64,000 nt of DNA, from contig JAZSBR010000036.1 in NCBI GenBank assembly GCA_045602545.1, positions 31,279 through 95,278 on the forward strand, written 5' to 3'. Position 1 is the stretch's first letter. The number at the start of each line of letters is the position of its first letter. The position numbers and the translations under genes were made by a program. The DNA is from Alphaproteobacteria bacterium. Its GTDB lineage: Bacteria > Pseudomonadota > Alphaproteobacteria > RF32 > CAG-239. Below the pieces are notes generated by a model, which was not told the origin of the DNA, searched no databases, and saw nothing but the letters and a program-made list of their open reading frames with translations. Positions 19,012 through 29,741 of the stretch are shown piece after piece.

Positions 19012-19863
19012 TTATTCCTCAATTATTTCATAATTTTCAGTGTCGGAAAATAATTTTTTCAAAACTTCATTGTTATGATAGTGTCCGCTTTTAAAGCCCG
19101 AAACTTCGGCAAGCAGACGAAAACCCGATGTATACATATCTCCGATTAAGTCAAGAGTTTTATGCTTTACGCACTCATTTTGAAGCCTGAAACCACCTTC
19201 GTTTAAGATTGTATTCCCGTCCAAAACAACGGCATTTTCCAAACTTCCGCCCTTAATTAAGCCGATTGAACGCAAATAATCAACCTGATATTTTTCACAA
19301 AAAGTGCGGGCAGGGGCAATGTCTTCAACAAACAACTCCTTGGTTATAATGCCGGAAAACTCTTGATGTCCGACAATTTCAGATGGAAAATCAATCTCAA
19401 AATTGACCTTAAAATCATCATAAGGTTTCAAACTGACAAAGTTTTCTTTATCATCGGTAAATTTTATTTCCTTTTTTACTTTAAGATATTTTCTTTTTTT
19501 CGTTTGTTTAATTATTTCGGCAGATTTGAGCGCATCACAAATAACTTTGGCGCTTCCGTCCAAGATAGGAACTTCCGGATTATCGACACTGATAACGGCG
19601 TTATCAATTCCGAAAGCATAAAGCGTTGCCATAATATGTTCAATAGTGCTGACGATTTGTCCGCCGTTTCCCAAGCAAGTGCAATTTCTGGTGTCAACAA
19701 CATTATTATAAAGTGCAGGGAAGGTGTTGTTTTCTTTCAAATCGGAGCGAACAAAAGATATCCCGCTGTTTTCTTCAGCCGGAGCAATAACAAGATTGCT
19801 TGCACAACCGCTGTGAAGTCCGATGCCTGAAATTTTAAGCTTTTGGTTTAATGTTTGTTGCAT
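19012..19863 (-). CDS. lpxC: UDP-3-O-acyl-N-acetylglucosamine deacetylase
   Basis: MQQTLNQKLKISGIGLHSG…HNNEVLKKL. Start set to the ATG at 19863 (GGAGAAAACAATG) because the 30-codon ORF-track extension overlaps rnpB. Confidence 0.9.
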   Translation of the reverse strand: MQQTLNQKLKISGIGLHSGCASNLVIAPAEENSGISFVRSDLKENNTFPALYNNVVDTRNCTCLGNGGQIVSTIEHIMATLYAFGIDNAVISVDNPEVPILDGSAKVICDALKSAEIIKQTKKRKYLKVKKEIKFTDDKENFVSLKPYDDFKVNFEIDFPSEIVGHQEFSGIITKELFVEDIAPARTFCEKYQVDYLRSIGLIKGGSLENAVVLDGNTILNEGGFRLQNECVKHKTLDLIGDMYTSGFRLLAEVSGFKSGHYHNNEVLKKLFSDTENYEIIEE

Positions 19864-19879
19864 TGTTTTCTCCAAAAAA

Positions 19880-20283
19880 GGTGAATGGCAACTTATAAGC
19901 CGGGTTCTGTATGTCAGAGGTTTATAAAAAAACATAACACGATAGCTATTCATCTGCGTCGAATGTCGCCATCCGACTGGTGCGACCTACCTTTGGAGAG
20001 GAACGGAAACCTTCCCTTTATTCGGACAAGCCGAATCCCCGTTTTTGGTCTTACATCAGACAGGGTTTACCTCAAGCCATAAATATTGCTACTTATGCGG
20101 TGAGCTCTTACCTCGCCTTTTCAACCTTACCGATTTATGATAAAATCGGCGGTAATTTTCTGTGGCACTGTCCCGTGGATTACTCCAGCCAGACGTTATC
20201 TGGTGTCTTGTTTCCGCGAAGCCCGGACTTTCCTCATTATCGGCTTTTACTTGCCGTAACGCAGCCATCCGGTTACCATTCAC
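19880..20283 (-). ncRNA. rnpB: RNase P RNA, bacterial type A
   Basis: Minus strand contains the universal GAGGAAAGUCCGGGCU (plus 20221-20236) and ACAGAACCCGGCUUA (plus 19893-19907). P1 pairing is GAAUGGUAAC (5', plus 20272-20281) with GUUGCCAUUC (3', plus 19882-19891). Also …GGUAAGAGCUCACC… and …GGUAAACCC… modules. Confidence 0.92.
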
Positions 20284-20411
20284 AAAAGATAAACTAATCA
20301 AAAAATATCTAAAAATCAATCACAATTAATTATTTTTCCTCTTTTAATTAAATTTTAAGTATTTTGCGCTAAAAATGCAATTACCCTTTAATTTTTACAG
20401 GAGTCATTTTA

Positions 20412-20999
20412 ATGAAAAAATTAATTTTAACAGCTTCAGCCTTGGTTTTGGGTTTAAGCTTGGCTATGCCTGCAATGGCTGAATGCAACGGTATTTACGT
20501 TGCTGGTCGTGGCGGTATTTTCAAAAACCATTTTAAGAAAAAGCAAACACATATTAATAATTATAAATTAGATGATGCAGAACTTATGATAAGTGGTGCT
20601 ATCGGTTATCGTTATGATTATTGGCGTACTGAATTAGAATATGTATGGCGAGATAAAAATGATTTTAATGATGAACATGTTGGCGCAAATTTCAAGAGCT
20701 ATTCAGGTATGTGGAACAACTACATTGATATTTTACCTTATGAATGGATTTCTCCGTACGTTGGAGTTGGTTTAGGTTTCACAAAACTTAAATATTCAGC
20801 AAAAGATAAGGATGATAACTATGTATTTGAGAGCAATAAAAAGACCAACTTTACATGGTCTGTCGGCGGTGGTGTAACATTAAAAGTTACAAATCGCGTT
20901 AATGTTGATGCCGGCTATCGCTATTATGATATCGGTTCATTCGGACGTAATGATGTTACTTTGCAAGAAGTATATGGCGGTTTGCGCTACGTATTCTAG
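20412..20999 (+). CDS. small outer-membrane beta-barrel protein (OmpA-like/Omp25-type porin family)
   Basis: Signal peptide MKKLILTASALVLGLSLAMPAMA, alternating beta-strand pattern, C-terminal …YGGLRYVF ending in Phe. Confidence 0.75.
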   Translation: MKKLILTASALVLGLSLAMPAMAECNGIYVAGRGGIFKNHFKKKQTHINNYKLDDAELMISGAIGYRYDYWRTELEYVWRDKNDFNDEHVGANFKSYSGMWNNYIDILPYEWISPYVGVGLGFTKLKYSAKDKDDNYVFESNKKTNFTWSVGGGVTLKVTNRVNVDAGYRYYDIGSFGRNDVTLQEVYGGLRYVF

Positions 21000-21018
21000 T
21001 AACAAAATACAGTTGAAG

Positions 21019-21046
21019 AGCCACTGGTATCCGGTGGCTTTTTTTA
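21019..21046 (+). terminator. rho-independent terminator
   Basis: AGCCAC-UGGUAUCCG-GUGGCU followed by UUUUUUAU. Confidence 0.7.
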
Positions 21047-21072
21047 TAAAATAATTTCATCGGAGGAAAATT

Positions 21073-22416
21073 ATGAGTGAAAAGTTGTTTGGCACGGACG
21101 GAATCAGAGGTGTTGCAAATATTTATCCGCTGACACCGGATTTTTGTTTGCGTTTGGCCAATGTTTTAGCCTTAAAAATCTGCCTTAAAAATAAGAAGGT
21201 TGCAATTGCCAGAGATACGCGTATTTCAGGCGATATGCTGTTTTCGGCACTGGCTTCGGGTTTTACGGCTCAGGGGGTGGATGTTATTGATTTGGGAATT
21301 ATTCCGACTCCGCTTTGCACAACCTTAACACCTAAGCTTAATGTTGATATGAGCATTATGATAACCGCATCGCACAACCCGTATCAGGACAACGGCTTGA
21401 AACTTATAACATCTGACGGTAATAAGTTTTCCGATTCTGCCACCGAAATTTTGGAAGCTGAATTGGCAAAAACTCCGTCCTTTACTTATGATAAAGACAA
21501 AATAGGGCAGATTATCAAAACTTCTGCCGGTTTAGATTCTTATTTTCCGGTTGTGCAAAAATTAGCAGGTGCCGATTCGCTTAAAAATATGAAAATCGTG
21601 CTTGATTCGGCAAACGGAGCTTTTTCAAGCATTTTGCCGGAAGTATTCAAGTTTTTGGGTGCCGAAACAATAAACTTATCGCATACTCCGAACGGCAAAA
21701 ATATCAATGAAAATTGCGGTTCTCAACATACGGAAAATTTGTGCAAAACCGTGGTTGAAAACGGCTATGATTTAGGCGTTGCCGTTGATGGCGACGGAGA
21801 TAGAATTATTATTTGTGATGAACTTGGAAATCGTCTGAACGGCGACCAGATTATCGGCTTTTTGGCACAATATATGAACAAGCATAAAATGTTAAAAAAT
21901 AATGCCGTTGTGGCAACAATTTATTCAAATTTGGGCTTGGGCGAATATGTTAAATCACTCGGGCTTGATTTTTATGCCACACCGGTTGGCGAACGCTATG
22001 TTATTGAAAAAATGCATGAAATAGGTGCTAATTTAGGCGGAGAAGAATCCGGACACATGGTTTTATCTGATTACAGCTTAACCGGAGATGCTATGTTGAC
22101 GGCGATTGTTGTTTGCCTCGGTATTAAAGAAATCAGCAAAAAAGTAAGTGAGATTTTTCCGGTGTTTGAGCCGTTTCCGACAATTGCTCACAATCTGAAA
22201 TTTGCCGATAAATCGCAAGTTGCAAAAATTATGGAGGATAATGAAGTGCAATCATGCATAGAAAGCATTAAAAAACAGCTTGAAAGCAAAGGTTCACTGA
22301 TTGTCAGAAAGTCAGGCACCGAGCCGGTTATTCGCATAAAATTTGAGGCAAAAGACGAAGCTTGGATTAAAAATTTAAGTGAAGAATTGCTGGAAAAAAT
22401 AAATAAGGTAAAATAG
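21073..22416 (+). CDS. glmM: phosphoglucosamine mutase
   Basis: MSEKLFGTDGIRGVAN…, active-site TASHNPYQDNGLK, and …GVAVDGDGDR… Mg site. Confidence 0.93.
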   Translation: MSEKLFGTDGIRGVANIYPLTPDFCLRLANVLALKICLKNKKVAIARDTRISGDMLFSALASGFTAQGVDVIDLGIIPTPLCTTLTPKLNVDMSIMITASHNPYQDNGLKLITSDGNKFSDSATEILEAELAKTPSFTYDKDKIGQIIKTSAGLDSYFPVVQKLAGADSLKNMKIVLDSANGAFSSILPEVFKFLGAETINLSHTPNGKNINENCGSQHTENLCKTVVENGYDLGVAVDGDGDRIIICDELGNRLNGDQIIGFLAQYMNKHKMLKNNAVVATIYSNLGLGEYVKSLGLDFYATPVGERYVIEKMHEIGANLGGEESGHMVLSDYSLTGDAMLTAIVVCLGIKEISKKVSEIFPVFEPFPTIAHNLKFADKSQVAKIMEDNEVQSCIESIKKQLESKGSLIVRKSGTEPVIRIKFEAKDEAWIKNLSEELLEKINKVK

Positions 22417-22552
22417 ATTAAGCATTGCTGATAAATATCTATACTAATAAGGGCCTTCTTTTTGATAAAGAAGACCTTTAATGCCCGCCTTAAGGCGGAG
22501 GCATCATAAGCTTTTGATTGAGCTCAAAAGCTTGATAATTTTTTAAATACCC

Positions 22553-23914
22553 TCATTTCTTGAAAGTCAATATAACGAAGTTATTATCATCATTCAACAA
22601 CGGCGCTGCTTCGGCAGGGGTATATTGAATGCGGTTGCAAAATCCACCCATATCTTTATAACCGGCACCACAGCCATTGGCAGAACTTATGCAAACTCCG
22701 TCTTTGCCTAAATAGCCATCTCCGCAACCCTTGGATTCACTAACACAAAGATTATCCTTTAAATAGAAGCCTGCTCCGCAACCTTCGCCATCTTCTCTGG
22801 CAACACATTCATCACCGACTTGTTTTTCGCCATAACCGCAACCAAGATCTGCAGGGAAACAAGATGGGTAACCACTGCTGTTTGTTCCTGCAATGTAGCC
22901 TTCTTTGCATTCAGTAACACAGACTCCATCTTGTAAAGAATATCCTGTATGACATTTTACACAATAAGCATCAGAACTAGATTCACAAACATCTTGCACA
23001 CATTTTTTTTTATTTTTGTATGCTGTATTTGAAACGACATATCCACTAGGGCATTCTTCTACACATCTACCTTCCATCAAAATAAAATCGCCCGTACATC
23101 TATTACACATACCGCCATATATCCAATTTGAAAGACAGTTTACATCCGTGCAATAATTAAATGTTTTACCAGAATAAGGATAAACATAGTTTCGTGTATT
23201 TTCTTTCTGCAGACATTCTTCTTTCGTTATACACCTTCCTTCAATATTATAATAACCATCTTCACATTCCGAGCATGTTCTTGAATCTGTATATGAACTG
23301 CAATGTTTCATTTCTGCGTATTTTTCCTTTAATAAACAGACACCATTAATTTCCAAATAATATCCGCTGTTACAGCCTGTACATTTACCTGTTGTTGCAT
23401 TATACCATGAGCAACCTTCCGGATTCTTTTTACAATTTCCATTTCCCATATAATACCCGCTATTACAACCACCGCATTTGCCTTCATTCACATTGTACCA
23501 TGAACAATTTTCCGGATTCTTTTTACAAACTCCATTTTCCATATAATATCCGCCTTGACAATAAGCGCATTTTCCACCGCTTACACAAGTACCACAATTT
23601 TCCGAACAATTTGATGAATCTATTATTTCTTCACATTTTCCATTTATCGATTCGTATCCGTCTTTACACTCTTCGCAATAAGTATAGTCATCTTCACAAG
23701 CATCACCATCATCATAACAATTCGAATCCTGACATCTTACACATTTTCCCTCGGCATTATGTCCATATCCTTCATCCGAACAGTCATTGCAATATCCGGT
23801 TTCTTGGTCACATGAATCCTCGCTGTAGCAAGGAGAACTGCCGCACATATAATCTGCATAAACAACTCCAGAAAACAAACTGCTTACACATAACATCAAA
23901 AAAAGCTTTTTCAT
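22553..23914 (-). CDS. secreted cysteine-repeat protein with family C-terminal module (paralog 3)
   Basis: Signal peptide MKKLFLMLCVSSLFSGVVYA. About 60 Cys in repeated C-x2-C…GYY…G-x-C units (e.g. CGGCNSGYYMGNGNCKKNPEGCSWYN). C-terminus NRIQYTPAEAAPLLNDDNNFVILTFKK. Confidence 0.8.
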   Translation of the reverse strand: MKKLFLMLCVSSLFSGVVYADYMCGSSPCYSEDSCDQETGYCNDCSDEGYGHNAEGKCVRCQDSNCYDDGDACEDDYTYCEECKDGYESINGKCEEIIDSSNCSENCGTCVSGGKCAYCQGGYYMENGVCKKNPENCSWYNVNEGKCGGCNSGYYMGNGNCKKNPEGCSWYNATTGKCTGCNSGYYLEINGVCLLKEKYAEMKHCSSYTDSRTCSECEDGYYNIEGRCITKEECLQKENTRNYVYPYSGKTFNYCTDVNCLSNWIYGGMCNRCTGDFILMEGRCVEECPSGYVVSNTAYKNKKKCVQDVCESSSDAYCVKCHTGYSLQDGVCVTECKEGYIAGTNSSGYPSCFPADLGCGYGEKQVGDECVAREDGEGCGAGFYLKDNLCVSESKGCGDGYLGKDGVCISSANGCGAGYKDMGGFCNRIQYTPAEAAPLLNDDNNFVILTFKK

Positions 23915-24164
23915 CTTTTACTTCCTTTTCTTTTAAAATTATTTCCATTAGCACAAAAGAAAATCGCCACATAAATTGGCGACTGGAAGCTGATAACTAT
24001 TTCGTATAATATAGTGTAACATATTTGAAGAATTACTTCTTATTCTGCTACCTTCCAGCCATAAAGGATGGAAATTTTTTTAATATTTATACGAAAGAGG
24101 CTATCAGACCTCCGAGCCTTTTATGCTCAAGAAGTATGCTAGCAGAAAAAATCCCTTTTGTAAA
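23915..24164 (-). promoter_or_regulatory. class-1 structured leader, copy B, with its promoter
   Basis: Minus strand TTTACA(24164-24159)-17 nt-TAGCAT(24141-24136), then GAGCAUAAAAGGCUCGGAGGU… …CUUCCAGUCGCCA-loop-UGGCGAUUUUCUUUUGUGCU. Confidence 0.7.
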
Positions 24165-24213
24165 GCAAAAAAACGGAAATAATATAATGAAGGTATATTA
24201 ACTTACTGATAAT

Positions 24214-24248
24214 AATAAAAAAGCCGAAACATTATCTACTTCGGCTTA
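24214..24248 (-). terminator. terminator downstream of prfA
   Basis: Minus RNA AAGCCGAA-GUAGAUAAUGU-UUCGGCUU followed by UUUUAUU. Confidence 0.7.
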
Positions 24249-24271
24249 TAATCAAAAGTTCATCAAAAATC

Positions 24272-25345
24272 TTAATCCATTTCCGCCAAACGTTCGGCTT
24301 GATCTTCGGCAATCAGAGCGTCAATAATTTCGCCCAGAGCTTCGCCGGAAACCACATCATCAAGCTTATAAAGCGTCAAATTGATACGGTGGTCGGTCAC
24401 GCGACCTTGCGGATAATTATAAGTGCGGATGCGCTCGCTTCTGTCACCGCTACCTACCTGCAATTTGCGTTTTTCGGAATAATCGGCATTTATCGCCTCG
24501 CGCTGGCTGTCATACAATTTTGAGCGCAAGTGATTCATTGCTTTTTCTTTATTTTTGAATTGCGAACGATCATCTTGGCATTGAACGACAATTCCGGTCG
24601 GAATGTGAGTTATGCGAACTGCCGATTCCGTGCGGTTAACGTGTTGTCCGCCGGCACCGGATGCTCGATATACATCAATTTTCAAATCCGCAGGATTGAT
24701 GTATAAATCAACTTCTTCAATTTCCGGTAAAACCGCTACCGTGGCCGCCGAAGTGTGAACTCGGCCTTGAGATTCGGTAATCGGCACACGTTGAACACGG
24801 TGTGCGCCGGATTCAAACTTCAACTTTGCAAAAACATCTTTTCCGGTGATTTTTGCCGAAGCTTCTTTATATCCGCCCAAACCGTTTTCATTGGCATCCA
24901 AAATTTCAAAACGCCAACCTTGTTTTTGCGAATAGCGCTGATACATTTCAAACAAAACTGCCGCAAACAAAGCCGCTTCATCTCCGCCCGTGCCGGCACG
25001 CACCTCTAAAATGGCATTTTTTTCATCGTCGGAATCTTTCGGCAACAACAATATGCGAATTTGCTTTTCCAACTCCGGCAACTGCTCTTTAAGCTCATAA
25101 AATTCAGCTTCCGCCATTTCTTTCATCTCTTTATCCATTTCAGGATCATCAATCATGGCTTTGTCATCATTCATGGCTTTAAGAGCGCGGTTATATTCGT
25201 TTATTGCCTCTACGACCGGCTCTAACACGGATAATTCTTTGTTGAGCTTAACCAACTCATCGGAGGATATATCCGGAGAACTCAAAAGAGCCTGAACTTC
25301 CTCATAGCGGTTGGCTACGTTTGCCAGTTTTTCTTCTAAATTCAT
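24272..25345 (-). CDS. prfA: peptide chain release factor 1
   Basis: 357 aa, …[28 protein letters not shown]… GGQ motif, RF1-type N-terminal region. Confidence 0.93.
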   Translation of the reverse strand: MNLEEKLANVANRYEEVQALLSSPDISSDELVKLNKELSVLEPVVEAINEYNRALKAMNDDKAMIDDPEMDKEMKEMAEAEFYELKEQLPELEKQIRILLLPKDSDDEKNAILEVRAGTGGDEAALFAAVLFEMYQRYSQKQGWRFEILDANENGLGGYKEASAKITGKDVFAKLKFESGAHRVQRVPITESQGRVHTSAATVAVLPEIEEVDLYINPADLKIDVYRASGAGGQHVNRTESAVRITHIPTGIVVQCQDDRSQFKNKEKAMNHLRSKLYDSQREAINADYSEKRKLQVGSGDRSERIRTYNYPQGRVTDHRINLTLYKLDDVVSGEALGEIIDALIAEDQAERLAEMD

Positions 25346-26580
25346 ACTGATAATTCCTCAATTAAATGTTCAAAAGAAACATTTTTTTGTTCACCGCTGT
25401 CAAAATCTTTTAAGGTGACTTCACCTCTTGCAATTTCATCAGAACCGATAATAACAGCCTTAAGGGCTTTGAACTTATTAGCTTTTTCCAAACGTTTTTT
25501 CATATTTCCGCTATAACTTTGCTCAACTCTGAAACCGGCAAGTCGCAATTTATAAGCAATTTCCATGGCTTTTTCATTTGTGTCTTCGCCAAGCGGAATA
25601 ACGGCAATCGGGCGCGCCAAATCAACACTTTCTTCCAAAAGCATAGCCAGTCTTTCAACACCGCAAGCCCAGCCTATACCTGAAATATCTCCACCACCCA
25701 TTTGAGCGACCAAACCATCATATCTGCCACCGGCTAAAACCGTGCCTTGCGCGCCGAGCTTGTCTGTCGTAAGTTCAAAAACAGTGTGTGAATAATAATC
25801 AAGTCCGCGCACCAAACGATTGTTTATGCGATATTTTATGCCTAAATTATCAAGCCCGCGCAGAACATCGGCAAAAAACTTTTTGGAAGTTTCGTTTAAG
25901 CTGTCGGCATAAAGCGGAGCATTTTCAATAACAGCCTTGTCGCATTCTTCTTTTGAATCAAGAATGCGCAAAGGATTTCTTTCCAAACGCTCTTTACTGT
26001 CTTGTGAAAGCTCATCATAATGCTCTTTCAAATAAGACACCAGCTTTTCGCGATATGCATTTCGGCTCTCGGCATCACCGAGCGAGTTAATTTCAACCGT
26101 TACGGCTCCGTTTAATCCGAGCTTTTCCAAAAACTCATAAGCCATTGATATAACTTCAATATCTGCCTGAGGAGTTTCAACACCCAACAATTCAACACCA
26201 AATTGTGTGAATTGACGTTGACGGCCTTTTTGCGGACGTTCATAACGAAACATCGGGCCGGAATAATAAAACTTAATCGGCAAATTTTGCTTCAAGCCGT
26301 TAGAGATGAACGCACGCACGACACCTGCCGTGCCTTCCGGGCGAAGAGTTAAGCTTTCACCGCCTTTATCGGTAAAACAATACATTTCTTTGGTAACAAT
26401 ATCGGATGTATCACCCAAATTGCGCGAAAATACTTCCGTAAACTCAAATATCGGTGTTTCAATTTCTTCAAAACCGTATTTTTCCACAACACTTGAGCCG
26501 GTTGCCACAACTTTTTTCAGCTTTCTTTTTGCTTCGCCGTACAAATCATATGTACCGCGCACATTTTGTATTTTTTCCAT
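25342..26580 (-). CDS. hisS: histidine--tRNA ligase
   Basis: [17 protein letters not shown]…, …[12 protein letters not shown]…, …GGGRYDGLV…. 4-nt overlap with prfA. Confidence 0.93.
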   Translation of the reverse strand: MEKIQNVRGTYDLYGEAKRKLKKVVATGSSVVEKYGFEEIETPIFEFTEVFSRNLGDTSDIVTKEMYCFTDKGGESLTLRPEGTAGVVRAFISNGLKQNLPIKFYYSGPMFRYERPQKGRQRQFTQFGVELLGVETPQADIEVISMAYEFLEKLGLNGAVTVEINSLGDAESRNAYREKLVSYLKEHYDELSQDSKERLERNPLRILDSKEECDKAVIENAPLYADSLNETSKKFFADVLRGLDNLGIKYRINNRLVRGLDYYSHTVFELTTDKLGAQGTVLAGGRYDGLVAQMGGGDISGIGWACGVERLAMLLEESVDLARPIAVIPLGEDTNEKAMEIAYKLRLAGFRVEQSYSGNMKKRLEKANKFKALKAVIIGSDEIARGEVTLKDFDSGEQKNVSFEHLIEELSV

Positions 26581-27488
26581 TATCTTTTCTCTAAAAATTT
26601 ATCCAAATTTACACTTATCTGATTGCGAGGAGATGTAACTTTCGTTAATTTGCCGTCAATATAAAATTTTACATTATTGCTTTTTCCGACTGTAACTTGC
26701 AGGTTTTCGTTATAAGGCACTTCATATTCAAAACCTTTATGATAAACTCTTGCCAGCAAAACTTTGTTATTGTGCTTAAGCTCAATCCATGAATCGCCGA
26801 CCAAAACTATTTTAATGCGCGGAGCATCGGCTTCTTTTTGCTCGGTTTCTTCGGTTTTTGTTTCAGCTTCGTCTGCTTTTTCATTATCACTTTCAAGATT
26901 TTCATCACTGTTGAGCGTTTCTTTATTATCGTTTTCAGTGTTGATTTCAACTTGATTTTCGCCATTATCTTCAACAGCAATATTTTGGGTCGTTTCTTCA
27001 ATGATAACCGGAGTCGGATAGTTTTCAGCGCTCGGAGTATCATTCATAAATTCAACCACCGGTGCGGAAGAATATTTATCATAGAGCTTCCAGCCGAGTA
27101 TTGCCGCAATCAAAATCGCCAATCCGATTATAACATGCTTAAGGTGAGGGGCATTGGTTTTTTGTTCATCTCCGATGGCTTTAAGGTTTTTTTTGCCGGT
27201 TGTGGCAGGCATGGCAGTTTCTTTGAACGATTGAACAATTCTGGCGCTGTTAAGCCCGAGATATTCGGCATAATTTCTGACATATCCCAAACCGTATGGT
27301 TCAACAGGCAATTTTTTATAATCAACATTTTCAATCGCCTCAAGATAAACACGGCGAATAAACAAAACATCGGCAACGTCATTTAAGGTTTTGCCCTGCT
27401 TTAATCTGGCATTACGTAAAATATCGCCGACAGTTTGAGTTTCTTCTTGTTTTTCGGAAGTTTCTTCTTCAATTATTTCGTTTTCCAC
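26580..27488 (-). CDS. rodZ: RodZ-like cytoskeleton protein (HTH + TM + DUF4115-like C-terminus)
   Basis: HTH …VGDILRNARLKQGKTLNDVADVLFIRRVYLEAIE…, a single TM (HVIIGLAILIAAILGW), an acidic linker and a C-terminal beta-rich domain. Confidence 0.65.
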   Translation of the reverse strand: MENEIIEEETSEKQEETQTVGDILRNARLKQGKTLNDVADVLFIRRVYLEAIENVDYKKLPVEPYGLGYVRNYAEYLGLNSARIVQSFKETAMPATTGKKNLKAIGDEQKTNAPHLKHVIIGLAILIAAILGWKLYDKYSSAPVVEFMNDTPSAENYPTPVIIEETTQNIAVEDNGENQVEINTENDNKETLNSDENLESDNEKADEAETKTEETEQKEADAPRIKIVLVGDSWIELKHNNKVLLARVYHKGFEYEVPYNENLQVTVGKSNNVKFYIDGKLTKVTSPRNQISVNLDKFLEKR

Positions 27489-27530
27489 TTTAGTACCTCA
27501 CTTATTTTTTTTGAGCTTATAACACATAAT

Positions 27531-29741
27531 TTATTTAATTGCAATACCATGATCAAGAGCATAGGATAACAGCTGAGGTCTGAGTGTTTTTTTATTTGAT
27601 TTGAATAAAAGTTTTACATAGTCCTCAATATCTTCTTTTTTCAAGCTTCTGATCATTTTCTTTACTTTTGCATAAGACGAGCCAGAAACGGAAAAGTTTC
27701 GGTATCCCATACCGATTAAGACCATTGCCTCAATCGGATTACCAGCCATTTCACCGCAAACAGAACAATAAACCTTATATTGACCGGCTTTGTCAACAAT
27801 TGTCTTCATCAGCCTTAAAAACGGAGCCGATAAAACATCATAGCGATTTGAAAGGCGAGGATTTCCGCGGTCGCAAGCAAATGTAAATTGGTATAAATCA
27901 TTGGTCCCGACAGAAATAAAATCCACTTCTTGCAAAATTTCATCCAATTGAAATACAATTGACGGAACTTCAATCATTATGCCGATGTTTATTTGTTTTG
28001 CCGTAGGATTTTTGCGTGTTTTTTCACGCTCATATTCAAGCATAACGGTTTCTTTGGCTTCCTGAAATTCCTGCAAGGTTGAAATCATCGGAAACATAAT
28101 GTTTAAGGTTTTTCCGGCCGATGCTCTCAAAAGCGCTCTGATTTGTTGGCGCAAGATGGCTCGTCTGTCAAGAGTTATGCGAATTGAGCGCCAACCGATT
28201 GCCGGATTTTCTTCCTTAATTTCGCCCCAATAAGGCAGAAGCTTATCCGATCCCACATCAAGTGTGCGAAAAATAATTCTTTTATTCCCCATTTTATTGA
28301 ACAAACGCGCATATTGCGTTTGCTGTGTTTCAACATCGGGCATTTTATCTTTGGTCATATACATAATTTCCGTGCGATAAAGTCCGATACCGTCACAATT
28401 TGTCGGTTCAATATAATCAAAATCCAAATCAAAACCATAATTCAAGGCCAAATTTATTTTTGTGCCATCAAGAGTTTCGGTCGGCAAAGTACGAAGCGTT
28501 TTCAGTTCGGCAAAGATATTTTTGCGCCCGAACGATTTTTCCTTAAATTCGCTGATTATTTCATCGGACGGATGAATATATAATTTGCCGTTTTCACCGT
28601 TAAGCGCAATAAGTTCTCCGGATTTTACCTCTTGCAAAACCCCGTGAATTTTGGCTATAACCGGAATATTGAGCGCTTTAGCCACAATTACCGCGTGCAT
28701 GGTTGCCGTTCCGTCTTCTATTACAAGGCCTTTTATTTTTTCATAGTTGTAATCCATTAAATCAGCCGGTCCCATGTTTTGCGCAATAATAACGATATCT
28801 TCATCGGGTAGAACTTCGGCATTTTCCGTCTCACCGGCGACAAATGAACGTAATCTGTCTGACACATCACGCAAATCATACAATTTTTCTTTCAAATACA
28901 CATCATCGGTGAGAGAAAGTTTGTTCCACATTTCTTCATAAACGTGTTCAATTGCCGCTTCCGCCGTATAACCTTTTGAAATATCGGCACTTATTTTTTT
29001 ATACCAGCCTTTGTCCTGAGCAAACATCTTATATGCTTCCATAATGGCAACGCTATTGCCGATAGAATTTTCCGTTTGAGCAATTTTTTTATCCAAATAT
29101 TCGCTCATTTTTTTTCGGCCTTCATCAAGTCTTGATTGTTCAAGCTCAATATTTTCGGCAAAAATGTTCACCAATTCGCGATGACGACGGTGCAAAACCA
29201 CTTTTCCCACGCCATATCCGGCATTAAGCCCGACTCCTTTAAGAGAATCACGAATCACAAAGCCTTTTTCTTTTATGAGGCGATTTTTGTATTCATTTAC
29301 GGATTTTGACGATATGAAATCAACCAATGAAAGAGAAAGTGTTTCAATGGCGGAAACAGTGTTTTCATCAAATTCCGAGTTTTTCCCCAGAACTATAACG
29401 CCGATTGTGTTATACATTCTTATTATCGGCACGCAAAGCTGATAGAAAGATTTTGTTTCATCTTTAGTGTTGATTGTTCGGCAATTTAAGGCACACAAGC
29501 CGACATTTTCATCATTAAATCTGAGTGTGCTCTTAAAATTTGAATCATTTATTCCGCCGATTTTTTCAAGATAATTTTCATCAACGGTAGCATATAAAGC
29601 AATTTTATCCGCCTCAAATGAATTAGCGAATATTTTTAATACTTCAGCTATTTTTTTTTCAGCCATATTCGGCGCAGAAATCTGTTCACTGATAACGCGC
29701 TGTACGCTTAAAGCCTCACTCAAAACTGCCGATACTGCCAT
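27531..29741 (-). CDS. ptsP: phosphoenolpyruvate--protein phosphotransferase PtsP (EI-Ntr, N-terminal GAF)
   Basis: GAF-like N-terminus, then EI core (…GGTATMHAVIVAKALNIPV…, …DGIGLYRTEIMYM…, …FISVGTNDLYQFT…). ATG at 29741 preceded by GGGAG. Confidence 0.88.
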   Translation of the reverse strand: MAVSAVLSEALSVQRVISEQISAPNMAEKKIAEVLKIFANSFEADKIALYATVDENYLEKIGGINDSNFKSTLRFNDENVGLCALNCRTINTKDETKSFYQLCVPIIRMYNTIGVIVLGKNSEFDENTVSAIETLSLSLVDFISSKSVNEYKNRLIKEKGFVIRDSLKGVGLNAGYGVGKVVLHRRHRELVNIFAENIELEQSRLDEGRKKMSEYLDKKIAQTENSIGNSVAIMEAYKMFAQDKGWYKKISADISKGYTAEAAIEHVYEEMWNKLSLTDDVYLKEKLYDLRDVSDRLRSFVAGETENAEVLPDEDIVIIAQNMGPADLMDYNYEKIKGLVIEDGTATMHAVIVAKALNIPVIAKIHGVLQEVKSGELIALNGENGKLYIHPSDEIISEFKEKSFGRKNIFAELKTLRTLPTETLDGTKINLALNYGFDLDFDYIEPTNCDGIGLYRTEIMYMTKDKMPDVETQQTQYARLFNKMGNKRIIFRTLDVGSDKLLPYWGEIKEENPAIGWRSIRITLDRRAILRQQIRALLRASAGKTLNIMFPMISTLQEFQEAKETVMLEYEREKTRKNPTAKQINIGIMIEVPSIVFQLDEILQEVDFISVGTNDLYQFTFACDRGNPRLSNRYDVLSAPFLRLMKTIVDKAGQYKVYCSVCGEMAGNPIEAMVLIGMGYRNFSVSGSSYAKVKKMIRSLKKEDIEDYVKLLFKSNKKTLRPQLLSYALDHGIAIK

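Noticed and set aside
19864-19953. 30-codon N-terminal extension of lpxC in the ORF track (MNSYRVMFFYKPLTYRTRLISCHSPFLEKT).
   Set aside because: It overlaps the 3' conserved region of rnpB (ACAGAACCCGGCUUA). The internal ATG at 19863 has a GGAG SD and gives the canonical LpxC N-terminus.
19980-20319. ORFs 19980-20297(+) and 20089-20319(-).
   Set aside because: They lie entirely within the RNase P RNA gene.
23392-24009. 205-aa plus-strand His/Asn-rich ORF.
   Set aside because: It is antisense to the cysteine-repeat gene (TGY/GGN-rich codons read backwards) and runs into the class-1 leader. It has no SD.
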